This document shows positions 48,916-58,810 of a stretch of 64,000 nt of DNA, one piece after another; positions within the stretch are counted from its first letter, which is position 1; each line of letters starts with the position of its first letter. The translations under genes were made by a program, and so were the position numbers. Source of the stretch: Draconibacterium orientale (lineage in GTDB: Bacteria; Bacteroidota; Bacteroidia; Bacteroidales; JAADGE01). The notes below the pieces were generated by a model. The model saw nothing but the letters and a program-made list of their open reading frames with translations. It was not told the origin of the DNA and made no database searches. The stretch lies in contig DYMH01000001.1 in NCBI GenBank assembly GCA_020721645.1, positions 17,537 to 81,536 on the forward strand, in the 5' to 3' direction.

Positions 48916-51900
48916 ATGAATCTTCCGGATTACATTTTTGAAACCAGTTGGGAAGTTTGCAATAAAATCAATGGCATACACACGGTGATTTCGGGCAAAT
49001 CGAATTTATTTGAAAAACAATTTGGAAAACGCTATATTCTTTTCGGTCCCGACATACAACGCGAAGAATCCGGAAATCCGGAATTTCGCAGCGATGTTTC
49101 GCTTTATGCCGACTGGCAAAAACACGCCCGAAAAGCAGGTTTTCGTTTCAGAACTGGTTATTGGAATGTGCCCGGAAGCCCGGTAGTAATCTTGCTCGAT
49201 TTTTCGGCTTTCGTAGCACAAAAAGATGAAATTTTTACCGGTTTTTGGGAAAAATATAAATTAGATTCGCTCTCCGGACAATGGGATTATATCGAAGCTG
49301 TGGCTTTTGGATACGGAACAGCAAAATTAATCGAAAATTTTTGCAATTTTAACCTCAACTCCGGCTCCAAAGTCTTAGCCCATTTTCACGATTGGAAAAC
49401 AGGTGCCGGTTTGTTGTATTTGAATTATTATATGCCCAATATTGCGACCGTTTTCACGGTACATTCGCCGGTTATCGCACAAGCATTGGCAGAACGAGGC
49501 GTTTTAAATTACGAAAATTTACCTGCAATTCGTGAATACGACAAAGCCCTTGAATTTAATATTCTATCGAGATATTCCATCGAAAAAATTGCCGCTGAAA
49601 CTGCTGATGTATTTGCCGTAACATCAGAATTTATTAAAAATCTATGTTCGCAGTTTATAAAAAAATCGCCCGATGTCATCACTCCAAACGGCTACGAAAA
49701 TCTCGAATTAATTAATAAAATTGAGCATACAAATCAAAAGAAATCTACAAGGGAAATCCTCAAAAAAGTCAGTTCGGCACTGTTAAACAAAGAAATTTCA
49801 GACCAAACCAAATTTATATACACCAGCGGCTCCTCCGACTTTTTTCTGAAAGGAGTCGATTTACTTATTGAAACTGTTCATCGCTTAGAAAATGACCATT
49901 CGTTGAAAAACGATGCCGTTATTATGATTTTGATGCCGGCACATAATTATGGTGGTCGTAAGGATTTAATCGATAAAATTAAAAACAATACAAACGAAAT
50001 TCTACAAAATTCAATATTGACTCACGAACTTCATGAAGCGGATTTTGACCCGATATTGAAACTTATGCATCAAAAAGGAATTACAAATAAAACCGATTCT
50101 AAGGTAAAATTAATCTACGCCCCGGTTTTTTTCGATGGAAACGACGGAATTTTTAATCTAAACTATTTTCAATTCATTGCCGGATTCGATTCGGCAGTCT
50201 TCCCGGCTTATTATGAACCCTGGGGATTTACTGTCATGGAAAGTTTGGCTCTGGGAATGCCCACACTTACAACATCACAATCAGGTTTCGGTTCCTGGCT
50301 TTCTTCATTACAAAACATCACCGAGCTTGGTTTTATAAAAGTACTCAATCGATCAAATAATTCTTACGATGCAAGCATCGAACAAATTGCTGATGTAATT
50401 ATCAGATGTGCAAACAATTCGGTAGAACAAACAAAATCAATCTCAGTTTTGGCAAATCATTTTTCCGAAAAATTTACTTGGGCGAATATCTATAAAGACC
50501 ATATTGAGGCTTATGAGTTGGCAATGACAAAAGTTCGATCCTATGCCGATAATTTCATTCCCGATATTCCACCGGAAAAATACAATCAAGTACGTACTTT
50601 TAAAAGCAACAAACCGGTATGGCGAGATTTAATCGTTAAACCGATACTTTCAGGAAAATTAAAAGGCTTAGAAGAAATTTCCAAAAATCTTTGGTGGTCG
50701 TGGAGCTATGAAGCCACCGAACTCTTTCAATTAATAGAAGGTAATCATTCAGGCGAAAGATGTATTGACCCAATATCGGTACTAAAAAAAATATCGTATG
50801 AACAGCTTGCTGCCCTCGAAAACGATACTGATTTTCTCGTAAAATATGAGAATGTATACAACTTGTATCAAAATTACATTTCGACACCCTACAATACTAA
50901 TTTGCCGACAATTGCATATTTCAGTATGGAATACGGAATGGCAAATATCGTAAAAATCTATTCGGGCGGCTTAGGAATATTAGCCGGAGATTACTTAAAA
51001 CAAGCCAGCGATTCGTGTTATAATATGACCGCAGTGGGACTCTTCTATCGACAGGGATATTTTACACAACAAATAACAATCAACGGCGAACAACATGCTG
51101 TTTACGAACCTCAGAAATTTACCGACCTTCCCGCAGAGCTGTTAAAGGATTCTGATGGAAATCCGCTTTGTGTCCACATCGCTTTTCCCGGGCGAATCAT
51201 TAATATTCAGATTTGGGAAATCAAAGTCGGGCGAATTTCTCTATTCTTATTAGATTCGGACAGAGATGACAACAAAAAAGAAGACAGAACCATTACTTAT
51301 CAGCTCTATGGCGGCGACAACGAAAATCGCCTGAAACAAGAAATGTTGCTTGGAATAGGAGGGATTCGCCTCTTAGAAATGTTGAAAATTAAAAAAGACA
51401 TTTATCATATCAACGAAGGACACGCCGCTTTGATAGGCATTGAACGAATGCACATTCTCATGCGTAACGAAAAACTCTCGTTTGCCGAAGCACGGGAAAT
51501 TGTCCGCAGTTCAAATCTGTTCACAACACACACACCCGTTCCCGCAGGACACGATGCTTTCCCCGAAGATCTTGTGATGACATACATGGGACACTATCCC
51601 GAAAGACTTAACATCACTTGGCAAGAATTTATCGACTTAGGCAAAATGAAACCCGGAAAGGCTGGCGAAAAATTTTCGATGAGTGTTTTGGCTGCCAATA
51701 CTTCCCAAGAAATCAATGGTGTGAGCCGCTTGCACGGTGAAGTTACAAAATATGATATTTTCGACAAAATGTGGGAAGGATATTTCCCCGAAGAGCTTCA
51801 TATTGGTTACGTAACTAACGGAGTACACTATCAAACGTGGACAGCACCCGAATGGCAGCAATTACTCAAAGGGCAAAACGGAGAACCCGATTTTAAAAAA

Positions 51901-53124
51901 ATCTATGATGTTTCAGATTTTGATATTTGGGCAATTCGTCAATCCCGTAAAAATCAATTGTTCTCCTATCTACACCAAAAACTCGACGAAATTCGTAACC
52001 GACGCGATGACAACCCCAAACAAATACTGAAAATACAAAAAGCCCTCAACCCCAAAGCCCTCACAATCGGTTTCGCCCGACGATTTGCCACTTATAAACG
52101 AGGCAATTTAATTTTCAGAGACATCAAACGGCTCGAAAAAATTGTTAATGATGCAGAACGCCCCGTACAATTCATTTTTGCAGGCAAAGCACACCCGAAC
52201 GATGGCGGCGGACAAGAAATTATCAAAGAAATAAACGAAATATCAAACCGTCCGGAATTTATCGGGAAAGTTGTTTTTGTCGAAAATTACAACATCGCCT
52301 TGGCAAAACAACTCGTTCAGGGTGTTGATATTTGGCTCAATACACCCACACGACCGCTCGAAGCTTCCGGAACCAGCGGTATGAAAGCCGTAATGAACGG
52401 GGTACTCAATTTCAGCGTTCTCGATGGCTGGTGGTGCGAAGGATATATTCCGGGTGCAGGTTGGGCTTTGCCCGAAAAACGAACCTATGATAATGAAGAG
52501 CTGCAAAACGATTTAGATGCCGAACTGATTTATCACACATTGGAAGAAGAAATTATTCCAATGTTCTATTCACGCAATCAAGCCGGAGTTCCCGAAACAT
52601 GGGTGCAATACATCAAAAAATGTATCGGCGAAATCGCCCCCGAATTTACAACACGCAGAATGATAGACGATTACCAAAATCGCTTTTATAACAAATTAGC
52701 CGTTCGGCACGAAAAAATTATTTATAATGATTATGCCGCTGCCAAAGAAATATCAGCATGGAAAAAGAAAGTGATTCACGATTGGGAAAAAGTGGAAGTT
52801 ATCAAACTCAATATTTCGGAGCCAATACTCGACCCATACAAACCCGGCGAAAAATATTACGGCGAAATGGTTCTTTTTTCAGACACAATACCGCCCAAAA
52901 ACATCAATGCTGAGTTGATTATCACCGAAAAAACATCGACAGATAACGTTTCAATAATAAGTATTACGCCTTTGAAATTGATGAAAATTGTGGACAAAAC
53001 GGCTCATTTCTCAATCGAAATCATACCACCGCGTCCGGGAAATTTTGAATATGCCTTCCGCGTGTATCCATGGCATGTGATGCTTCCGCACAGAATGGAT
53101 TTTAACTATATTAAATGGATTTAA
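48916..53124 (+). CDS. Fused GT3-type glycogen synthase (N-terminal ~550 aa) and GT35 alpha-glucan phosphorylase (C-terminal ~840 aa)
   Basis: The N-terminus 'FETSWEVCNKINGIHTVI' resembles eukaryote/Bacteroides-type glycogen synthase. From about aa 567, 'LWWSWSYEATELF' (DUF3417-like), 'SMEYG...YSGGLGILAGD' and the PLP site 'EASGTSGMKAVMNG' indicate a GlgP-type phosphorylase. There is no stop or frame change across the junction. Confidence 0.9.
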   Translation: MNLPDYIFETSWEVCNKINGIHTVISGKSNLFEKQFGKRYILFGPDIQREESGNPEFRSDVSLYADWQKHARKAGFRFRTGYWNVPGSPVVILLDFSAFVAQKDEIFTGFWEKYKLDSLSGQWDYIEAVAFGYGTAKLIENFCNFNLNSGSKVLAHFHDWKTGAGLLYLNYYMPNIATVFTVHSPVIAQALAERGVLNYENLPAIREYDKALEFNILSRYSIEKIAAETADVFAVTSEFIKNLCSQFIKKSPDVITPNGYENLELINKIEHTNQKKSTREILKKVSSALLNKEISDQTKFIYTSGSSDFFLKGVDLLIETVHRLENDHSLKNDAVIMILMPAHNYGGRKDLIDKIKNNTNEILQNSILTHELHEADFDPILKLMHQKGITNKTDSKVKLIYAPVFFDGNDGIFNLNYFQFIAGFDSAVFPAYYEPWGFTVMESLALGMPTLTTSQSGFGSWLSSLQNITELGFIKVLNRSNNSYDASIEQIADVIIRCANNSVEQTKSISVLANHFSEKFTWANIYKDHIEAYELAMTKVRSYADNFIPDIPPEKYNQVRTFKSNKPVWRDLIVKPILSGKLKGLEEISKNLWWSWSYEATELFQLIEGNHSGERCIDPISVLKKISYEQLAALENDTDFLVKYENVYNLYQNYISTPYNTNLPTIAYFSMEYGMANIVKIYSGGLGILAGDYLKQASDSCYNMTAVGLFYRQGYFTQQITINGEQHAVYEPQKFTDLPAELLKDSDGNPLCVHIAFPGRIINIQIWEIKVGRISLFLLDSDRDDNKKEDRTITYQLYGGDNENRLKQEMLLGIGGIRLLEMLKIKKDIYHINEGHAALIGIERMHILMRNEKLSFAEAREIVRSSNLFTTHTPVPAGHDAFPEDLVMTYMGHYPERLNITWQEFIDLGKMKPGKAGEKFSMSVLAANTSQEINGVSRLHGEVTKYDIFDKMWEGYFPEELHIGYVTNGVHYQTWTAPEWQQLLKGQNGEPDFKKIYDVSDFDIWAIRQSRKNQLFSYLHQKLDEIRNRRDDNPKQILKIQKALNPKALTIGFARRFATYKRGNLIFRDIKRLEKIVNDAERPVQFIFAGKAHPNDGGGQEIIKEINEISNRPEFIGKVVFVENYNIALAKQLVQGVDIWLNTPTRPLEASGTSGMKAVMNGVLNFSVLDGWWCEGYIPGAGWALPEKRTYDNEELQNDLDAELIYHTLEEEIIPMFYSRNQAGVPETWVQYIKKCIGEIAPEFTTRRMIDDYQNRFYNKLAVRHEKIIYNDYAAAKEISAWKKKVIHDWEKVEVIKLNISEPILDPYKPGEKYYGEMVLFSDTIPPKNINAELIITEKTSTDNVSIISITPLKLMKIVDKTAHFSIEIIPPRPGNFEYAFRVYPWHVMLPHRMDFNYIKWI

Positions 53125-53145
53125 TATTTTTTTGAATAGATTAAC

Positions 53146-53181
53146 AAAACACCGTTTGTTCTTTCATTCGGTGTTTTTCTT
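53146..53181 (+). terminator. Rho-independent terminator after the synthase-phosphorylase gene
   Basis: 9-bp stem AAAACACCG / CGGTGTTTT with a 14-nt loop and a T-rich tail. Confidence 0.6.
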
Positions 53182-53234
53182 TGTTGCCAATTTATTAATT
53201 TTTGCCAAATGCTTGTTTTTATCCTTCGGAACAT

Positions 53235-53242
53235 TATCTTTG
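53235..53242 (+). promoter_or_regulatory. Candidate -7 box (TATCTTTG) for ileS
   Basis: TAnnTTTG match 35 nt upstream of the ATG at 53278. A TTG lies 19 nt upstream of the box. Confidence 0.5.
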
Positions 53243-53277
53243 CAAATCTTTTTAAAATTGGATAATCATAGGCCAAA

Positions 53278-56200
53278 ATGAGCATGAAATTCATAGAATA
53301 CAAGGATTTTAACCTTTCTGACATCAATAAGGAAATTCTTGAAAAATGGAAAAACGAGCATACTTTCGATAAAAGTTTGAGCTCCCGTGAGGGAAAACCG
53401 GAATATATTTTTTATGAAGGTCCGCCTTCTGCCAACGGAATGCCCGGCATTCACCATGTTACGGCACGAACATTGAAAGACATTTTTTGCAGATATAAAA
53501 CCCTGCAAGGTTTTAAAGTCGATAGAAAAGCCGGCTGGGATACCCATGGATTACCCGTAGAATTGGGGGTTGAGAAAAAATTAGGAATCACAAAAGAAAA
53601 CATCGGCAAAACCATAACCATAGAAGAATATAACAAAACCTGTCGCTCGGCAGTCATGGAATATACCGGTGCGTGGGAAGAAATTACCGAAAAAATGGGC
53701 TATTGGGTTGATATGAAAAACCCGTATATCACCTACGAAAACAAATATATTGAAACGCTTTGGTGGCTGCTCAAACAACTCTACCAAAAGAAATTACTCT
53801 ATAAAGGGTATTCCATACAACCTTTTTCCCCGGCTGCGGGCACCGGTTTAAGTTCTCACGAATTAAATCTACCCGGTTGCTATAAAGATGTTAAAGACAC
53901 CACCGGCATTGCACAATTCAAATCAGTACGTAACGATAAATCAGAATTTTTATTCCAAAAATCGGATACCGATATTTACTTTATTGCTTGGACAACCACC
54001 CCTTGGACTTTACTTTCTAATACCGCATTGGCAGTAGGAGCAAAAATTTCTTACGTACTTATCAGGACATTCAATCCATACACCGGAACTCCCGTTTCTA
54101 TTGTTATGGCAAAAGATTTGATTGCAAGTTTATTTAAAGAAGAAGCTAAGGAGATACCGGTAGAAGATTATCAAGTCGGCGACAAAAAAATTCCATACAA
54201 AATCCTTTACGAATTTAAAGGCAGCGAAATAGAAGGAATCCGATACGAACAACTTTTACCCTATCAACAACCCAGTGATGGCGATGCGTTTCGCATTATT
54301 TGCGGTGATTTTGTTACCACAACCGACGGAACAGGAATTGTACATATCGCCCCAAGTTTTGGAGCAGACGACTTTAGGGTTGCCAAGCAAAACGGTATCG
54401 GCTCATTAACTTTGGTTGATAAACTCGGACGTTTTGTATCCGGAACCGGCGAATTTTCGGGGCGTGCCGTTAAAAATGATTACGATACAAGCCTCGAAAA
54501 AGATACCTCAACCGTTGATATTGATATCGTAGTAAAACTGAAAAAAGAAAATAAACTCTTCAAAACAGAAAAATACGAACATTCCTATCCGCACTGTTGG
54601 CGAACCGATAAGCCCATATTATACTATCCGCTCGATTCGTGGTTTATTCGCACTACGGAAAGTCGAGAACGAATGATAGAACTCAATAAAACAATCAATT
54701 GGAAACCGGTTCATACCGGAGAAGGGAGATTTGGGCAATGGCTCGAAAATCTCATTGATTGGAATCTTTCACGCTCGCGATATTGGGGAACTCCACTCCC
54801 TATTTGGAGAACCGAGGACCAAAGCGAAGAAATTATTATCGGCTCTGCCGAAGAATTGAAAAATGAAATTGAAAAATCGATAAGAGCCGGTTTTATGAAA
54901 TCAAATCCCCTGAAAGACTTCATTCCGGGAGATTTTTCGTATGAAAATTACAATAAATTCGATTTACATAAACCCTTTGTCGATGAAATATTTCTGGTTT
55001 CGGCTACGGGCAAAAAAATGCTTCGTGAAGCCGATTTAATTGATGTTTGGTTCGATTCAGGTGCCATGCCGTACGCTCAGGTACATTATCCGTTCGAGAA
55101 TAAAGATAATTTCAAAAGAATTTTTCCCGCCGATTTTATCGCCGAAGGTGTCGATCAAACACGGGGGTGGTTTTTCACACTCCACGCAATTTCAACCATG
55201 TTGTTCGATTCTGTCGCATTTAAAAATATCATTTCCAATGGATTGGTATTAGACAAAAACGGCAATAAAATGTCGAAATCGCGTCCCGAAACATTAATCG
55301 ACCCATTTCAAACCATAGAAAATTACGGCTCCGACCCCGTTCGATGGTACATTATTACAAACGCACAACCATGGGATAATCTCAAATTTGATATTGCAGG
55401 TGTGGACGAAGTCAAGCGAAAATTCTTCGGCACACTTTACAACACTTATTCATTCTTTGCCTTATACGCAAATCTCGATAATTTCAATTTCTCCGAAAAA
55501 GAAATTCCGCTTGCCGAACGCCCCGAAATTGACCGGTGGGTGATTTCGCTTTTAAATACTCTGATTCGCGAAGTAAATGAAAGCTTCGACAACTACGAAC
55601 CTACTAATGCCGGAAGATTAATACAAACCTTCGTAACCGATAATTTAAGCAATTGGTACGTTCGTCTAAATCGAAAACGTTTCTGGGGGCAGGAATATGA
55701 TACCGATAAAAAAGCAGCATATCAAACACTTTACACCTGTTTAGAGACAGTTGCTGTTCTGATGTCGCCCATCGCACCTTTTTATGCCGATAAATTGTTT
55801 ATCGACTTGAATAAAGTTTCAAAAAAGAACACTGCCGAATCAGTTCATTTGGCATATTATCCATTATATCAACACAAAGCAGTCGACAAGGCATTGGAAG
55901 AACGCATGGATTTGGCTCAAAATTTGTCATCAATGGTTCTCGGGCTGCGAAGAAAATGTAATATCAAAGTTCGGCAACCCTTGGCAAAAATAATGGTACC
56001 AATACTTGATGAATCATTTCAAACGAAAATTGATGCCGTAAAAAATATTATTTTATCCGAAATCAACGTTAAAGAAATTGAATATTTAAAAGACACATCA
56101 GGAATTTTCGACAAAAAAATAAAACCCAATTTTAAACTTATCGGGAAAAAATATGGAAAATTCATGAAAGACATCAACGCCAAGCTCTCAGAATTTTCGC

Positions 56201-56649
56201 AGGCAGACATTGTTAATTTTGAAAAAACAGGTTCTTTTTCCTTTGAAACTTCAGGAACAATAATTGAATTAAATCGCGAAGATGTTGAAATAGCAACAGA
56301 TGATATTCCCGGACTTTTAGCCGTTAGCAACGGAAAATTAACGGTTGCTCTGGATACCGAAATTTCGGAACAATTGAGGGAAGAAGGAGTTGCTCGGGAA
56401 TTGGTCAATAAAATTCAAAATCTGAGAAAAGACAGTGGTTTAAATGTTACAGACAGAATAAATTTACAGATTTCAGAGAAAAAAATGCTTATGAAACCGG
56501 TAGAAAACTATAAAAATTATATCTGTACACAAACATTAACAGAGAAAATTGAATTTTCAACGATACTTAATGTAGAAGATATGGAAACAAATACTGTTGA
56601 AATTGATGAAAATACGACTGTTTATATTAAAATTTCAAAGGTCGATTGA
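53278..56649 (+). CDS. ileS: Isoleucine--tRNA ligase (type 2)
   Basis: HIGH-type 'PSANGMPGIHHV', 'KMSKS' in 'GNKMSKSRPE', and a length of 1123 aa. Confidence 0.97.
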   Translation: MSMKFIEYKDFNLSDINKEILEKWKNEHTFDKSLSSREGKPEYIFYEGPPSANGMPGIHHVTARTLKDIFCRYKTLQGFKVDRKAGWDTHGLPVELGVEKKLGITKENIGKTITIEEYNKTCRSAVMEYTGAWEEITEKMGYWVDMKNPYITYENKYIETLWWLLKQLYQKKLLYKGYSIQPFSPAAGTGLSSHELNLPGCYKDVKDTTGIAQFKSVRNDKSEFLFQKSDTDIYFIAWTTTPWTLLSNTALAVGAKISYVLIRTFNPYTGTPVSIVMAKDLIASLFKEEAKEIPVEDYQVGDKKIPYKILYEFKGSEIEGIRYEQLLPYQQPSDGDAFRIICGDFVTTTDGTGIVHIAPSFGADDFRVAKQNGIGSLTLVDKLGRFVSGTGEFSGRAVKNDYDTSLEKDTSTVDIDIVVKLKKENKLFKTEKYEHSYPHCWRTDKPILYYPLDSWFIRTTESRERMIELNKTINWKPVHTGEGRFGQWLENLIDWNLSRSRYWGTPLPIWRTEDQSEEIIIGSAEELKNEIEKSIRAGFMKSNPLKDFIPGDFSYENYNKFDLHKPFVDEIFLVSATGKKMLREADLIDVWFDSGAMPYAQVHYPFENKDNFKRIFPADFIAEGVDQTRGWFFTLHAISTMLFDSVAFKNIISNGLVLDKNGNKMSKSRPETLIDPFQTIENYGSDPVRWYIITNAQPWDNLKFDIAGVDEVKRKFFGTLYNTYSFFALYANLDNFNFSEKEIPLAERPEIDRWVISLLNTLIREVNESFDNYEPTNAGRLIQTFVTDNLSNWYVRLNRKRFWGQEYDTDKKAAYQTLYTCLETVAVLMSPIAPFYADKLFIDLNKVSKKNTAESVHLAYYPLYQHKAVDKALEERMDLAQNLSSMVLGLRRKCNIKVRQPLAKIMVPILDESFQTKIDAVKNIILSEINVKEIEYLKDTSGIFDKKIKPNFKLIGKKYGKFMKDINAKLSEFSQADIVNFEKTGSFSFETSGTIIELNREDVEIATDDIPGLLAVSNGKLTVALDTEISEQLREEGVARELVNKIQNLRKDSGLNVTDRINLQISEKKMLMKPVENYKNYICTQTLTEKIEFSTILNVEDMETNTVEIDENTTVYIKISKVD

Positions 56650-56758
56650 GCTATTTTTATTATTGTTTAAACACACTTTGATTCAAATCACTTATACATA
56701 AAAAACAATTATAAATTACTTCACAAACAAACACTTAAAGACCAAAACGAATCATTAT

Positions 56759-57133
56759 ATGGAAATTAAAAAACGTTACTCCGATGAAGAATTAGCAGAA
56801 TTTAAAGTGCTGATTCTCGAAAAAATTGAAAAAGCAAAAAAAGATTACGACTTGCTTCGCAATACAATAACGCACGAAAACGACAATGACATACAAGACA
56901 CTTCGCCAACATTTAAAGTTTTGGAAGAAGGTGCCAATACCTTGTCGAAAGAGCAGGCAGGACGTTTGGCTCAACGCCAACAAAAGTTTATACAACATTT
57001 GCAGGCTGCATTAATTCGTATCGAAAACAAAACTTACGGTATTTGTCGAGAAACCGGAAATTTAATTTCAAAAGAGCGTTTGAAAGCAGTTCCACATGCC
57101 ACTCTTTCAATTGAAGCAAAAATGAAACAATAA
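56759..57133 (+). CDS. DksA/TraR family regulator with degenerate zinc finger
   Basis: Coiled-coil N-terminus and the C-terminal 'YGICRETGNLISKERLKAVPHATLSIEAK'. Only one of the four canonical Cys residues is retained. The ileS-dksA-lspA order is conserved. Confidence 0.82.
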   Translation: MEIKKRYSDEELAEFKVLILEKIEKAKKDYDLLRNTITHENDNDIQDTSPTFKVLEEGANTLSKEQAGRLAQRQQKFIQHLQAALIRIENKTYGICRETGNLISKERLKAVPHATLSIEAKMKQ

Positions 57134-57251
57134 ATTTAATGAGATGATGTATTGATAATCTGATTGCCCTGTTGCGAAAGTCAATAGTATCAATATTTTG
57201 CACAATTCAATCATCACATCAACACATTATCTCATCAACGAATCAAATAAA

Positions 57252-57893
57252 ATGTCAAAATTTTCAAAGGCTTTGTTATTTTCGGGCTTAATACTTTTTC
57301 TGGATCAAGCTTTTAAGATATGGATAAAAACCCACATGATGTTGGGTGAAGAATATTCGGTTCTGGGCACATGGTTTAAAATACATTTCACCGAAAATCC
57401 CGGAATGGCTTTCGGAATGGAATTTGGCGGAGAAACCGGCAAATTGATATTAAGTATCTTTCGTATTGTAGCTGTTTTTATTATTGCATGGTACTTGTTC
57501 GATATCTCTCGAAAACACGCCTCAAATATCGCTTTAACCAGTGTTGCCCTGATATTAGCCGGAGCTATGGGAAATATTTTCGACAGTGCCTTTTACGGAT
57601 TGATTTTCAACGACAGTCTGAACCAAGTCGCAAGCCTTTTTCCTGTCGGGGGAGGAACCGGAAAATTTTTACACGGAGCCGTAGTTGATATGTTGTATTT
57701 CCCGTTGATACGAGGAAATTATCCGACTTGGTTGCCGTTTTTAGGAGGCGAGCATTTCGAATTTTTCCGTCCGGTATTTAATCTTGCCGATTCCGCAATT
57801 ACGACCGGGGTGGCTTTGATTATTATTTTTCGGAAACACTTCAATTTTAAAAAATCGCCCTACGATAAAGAAACTGCACCGGTTTCCTTATAA
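57252..57893 (+). CDS. lspA: Lipoprotein signal peptidase (signal peptidase II)
   Basis: 'LFLDQAFKIWIK', 'FTENPGMAFG' and 'FNLADSAITTG'. I chose the ATG at 57252 over the upstream TTG. Confidence 0.92.
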   Translation: MSKFSKALLFSGLILFLDQAFKIWIKTHMMLGEEYSVLGTWFKIHFTENPGMAFGMEFGGETGKLILSIFRIVAVFIIAWYLFDISRKHASNIALTSVALILAGAMGNIFDSAFYGLIFNDSLNQVASLFPVGGGTGKFLHGAVVDMLYFPLIRGNYPTWLPFLGGEHFEFFRPVFNLADSAITTGVALIIIFRKHFNFKKSPYDKETAPVSL

Positions 57894-57905
57894 AAAAAAG
57901 AAAGA

Positions 57906-57933
57906 GAGATTTATTTTAAATCTCGCTTTTTTT
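57906..57933. terminator. Bidirectional terminator between lspA and pyrH
   Basis: 8-bp stem GAGATTTA / TAAATCTC with a 3-nt loop. An A run lies upstream and a T7 run downstream. Confidence 0.7.
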
Positions 57934-57934
57934 G

Positions 57935-58645
57935 TCAATTATGAACCATTGTGCCGATGTTTTCTCCTTGAATTACTTTAAGCAAATTGCCCGGCACATC
58001 CATATTGAAAATATAAACAGGCATGTTGTTTTCTCGACACATCGTAAAAGCCGTCATATCCATAACGTTTAAATCTTTTTCGTAAATCTCATCAAAAGAA
58101 ATACTTGTATATTTTATGGCATCAGGATTTTTTTCGGGGTCATCGGAATAAACTCCGTCCACGCGTGTCCCTTTTAAAATAATATCGGCATTAATTTCTA
58201 TGGCTCGAAGTGCAGATCCGGTATCGGTTGTGAAAAAAGGATTCCCTGTTCCGCCGGTCAGGATTACGATTTTTCCTTGTTTTAAAGCATTGACAGCTCT
58301 GTTTTTTGAGTATCGCTCACCAACGGGTTCGGCATAAAAAGCTGTTAAAACCTCAGCTTGTGCACCCAAATCTTCCAAAGCCGAAAGGAGTGCCAAGCCG
58401 TTTATCATGGTTGCCAACATGCCCATATAATCGCCTTTGACACGGTCGAAACCGGCTTTTTCGCCCTTGAAACCTCTAAAAATGTTTCCTCCGCCGATAA
58501 CCACCGCAATTTCGATTCCGAGTTCCGAAATTTCGACAATTTGATTGGCATAGTGCATCAAGGGTTGGGTGTCGATTCCTTGTTTGCTTGCTCCGGCAAG
58601 CGATTCTCCGCTGAGTTTGAGTAATATCCGTTTAAATTTTTGCAT
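57935..58645 (-). CDS. pyrH: UMP kinase
   Basis: 'RILLKLSGESLAG', 'VIGGGNIFRG' and 'GTGNPFFTTDTGSALRAIE'. Confidence 0.97.
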   Translation of the reverse strand: MQKFKRILLKLSGESLAGASKQGIDTQPLMHYANQIVEISELGIEIAVVIGGGNIFRGFKGEKAGFDRVKGDYMGMLATMINGLALLSALEDLGAQAEVLTAFYAEPVGERYSKNRAVNALKQGKIVILTGGTGNPFFTTDTGSALRAIEINADIILKGTRVDGVYSDDPEKNPDAIKYTSISFDEIYEKDLNVMDMTAFTMCRENNMPVYIFNMDVPGNLLKVIQGENIGTMVHN

Positions 58646-58768
58646 TTATAAATTATTTTAGTTCGTTTTTTTTATTAAAATCAGTCTAAGAAATGGAATA
58701 ATACTTGAACAAAAATACGAAAATCATCTTATATTTCTTTGCAAAAGTAAAAATTACATTTATTTTAA

Positions 58769-58776
58769 TAGTTTTG
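58769..58776 (+). promoter_or_regulatory. Candidate -7 box (TAGTTTTG) for trpS-prmA
   Basis: TAnnTTTG match 34 nt upstream of the ATG at 58811. Confidence 0.45.
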
Positions 58777-58810
58777 CAGTTTAGAATCGGTAATCTTTAA
58801 ATTTCAAATT

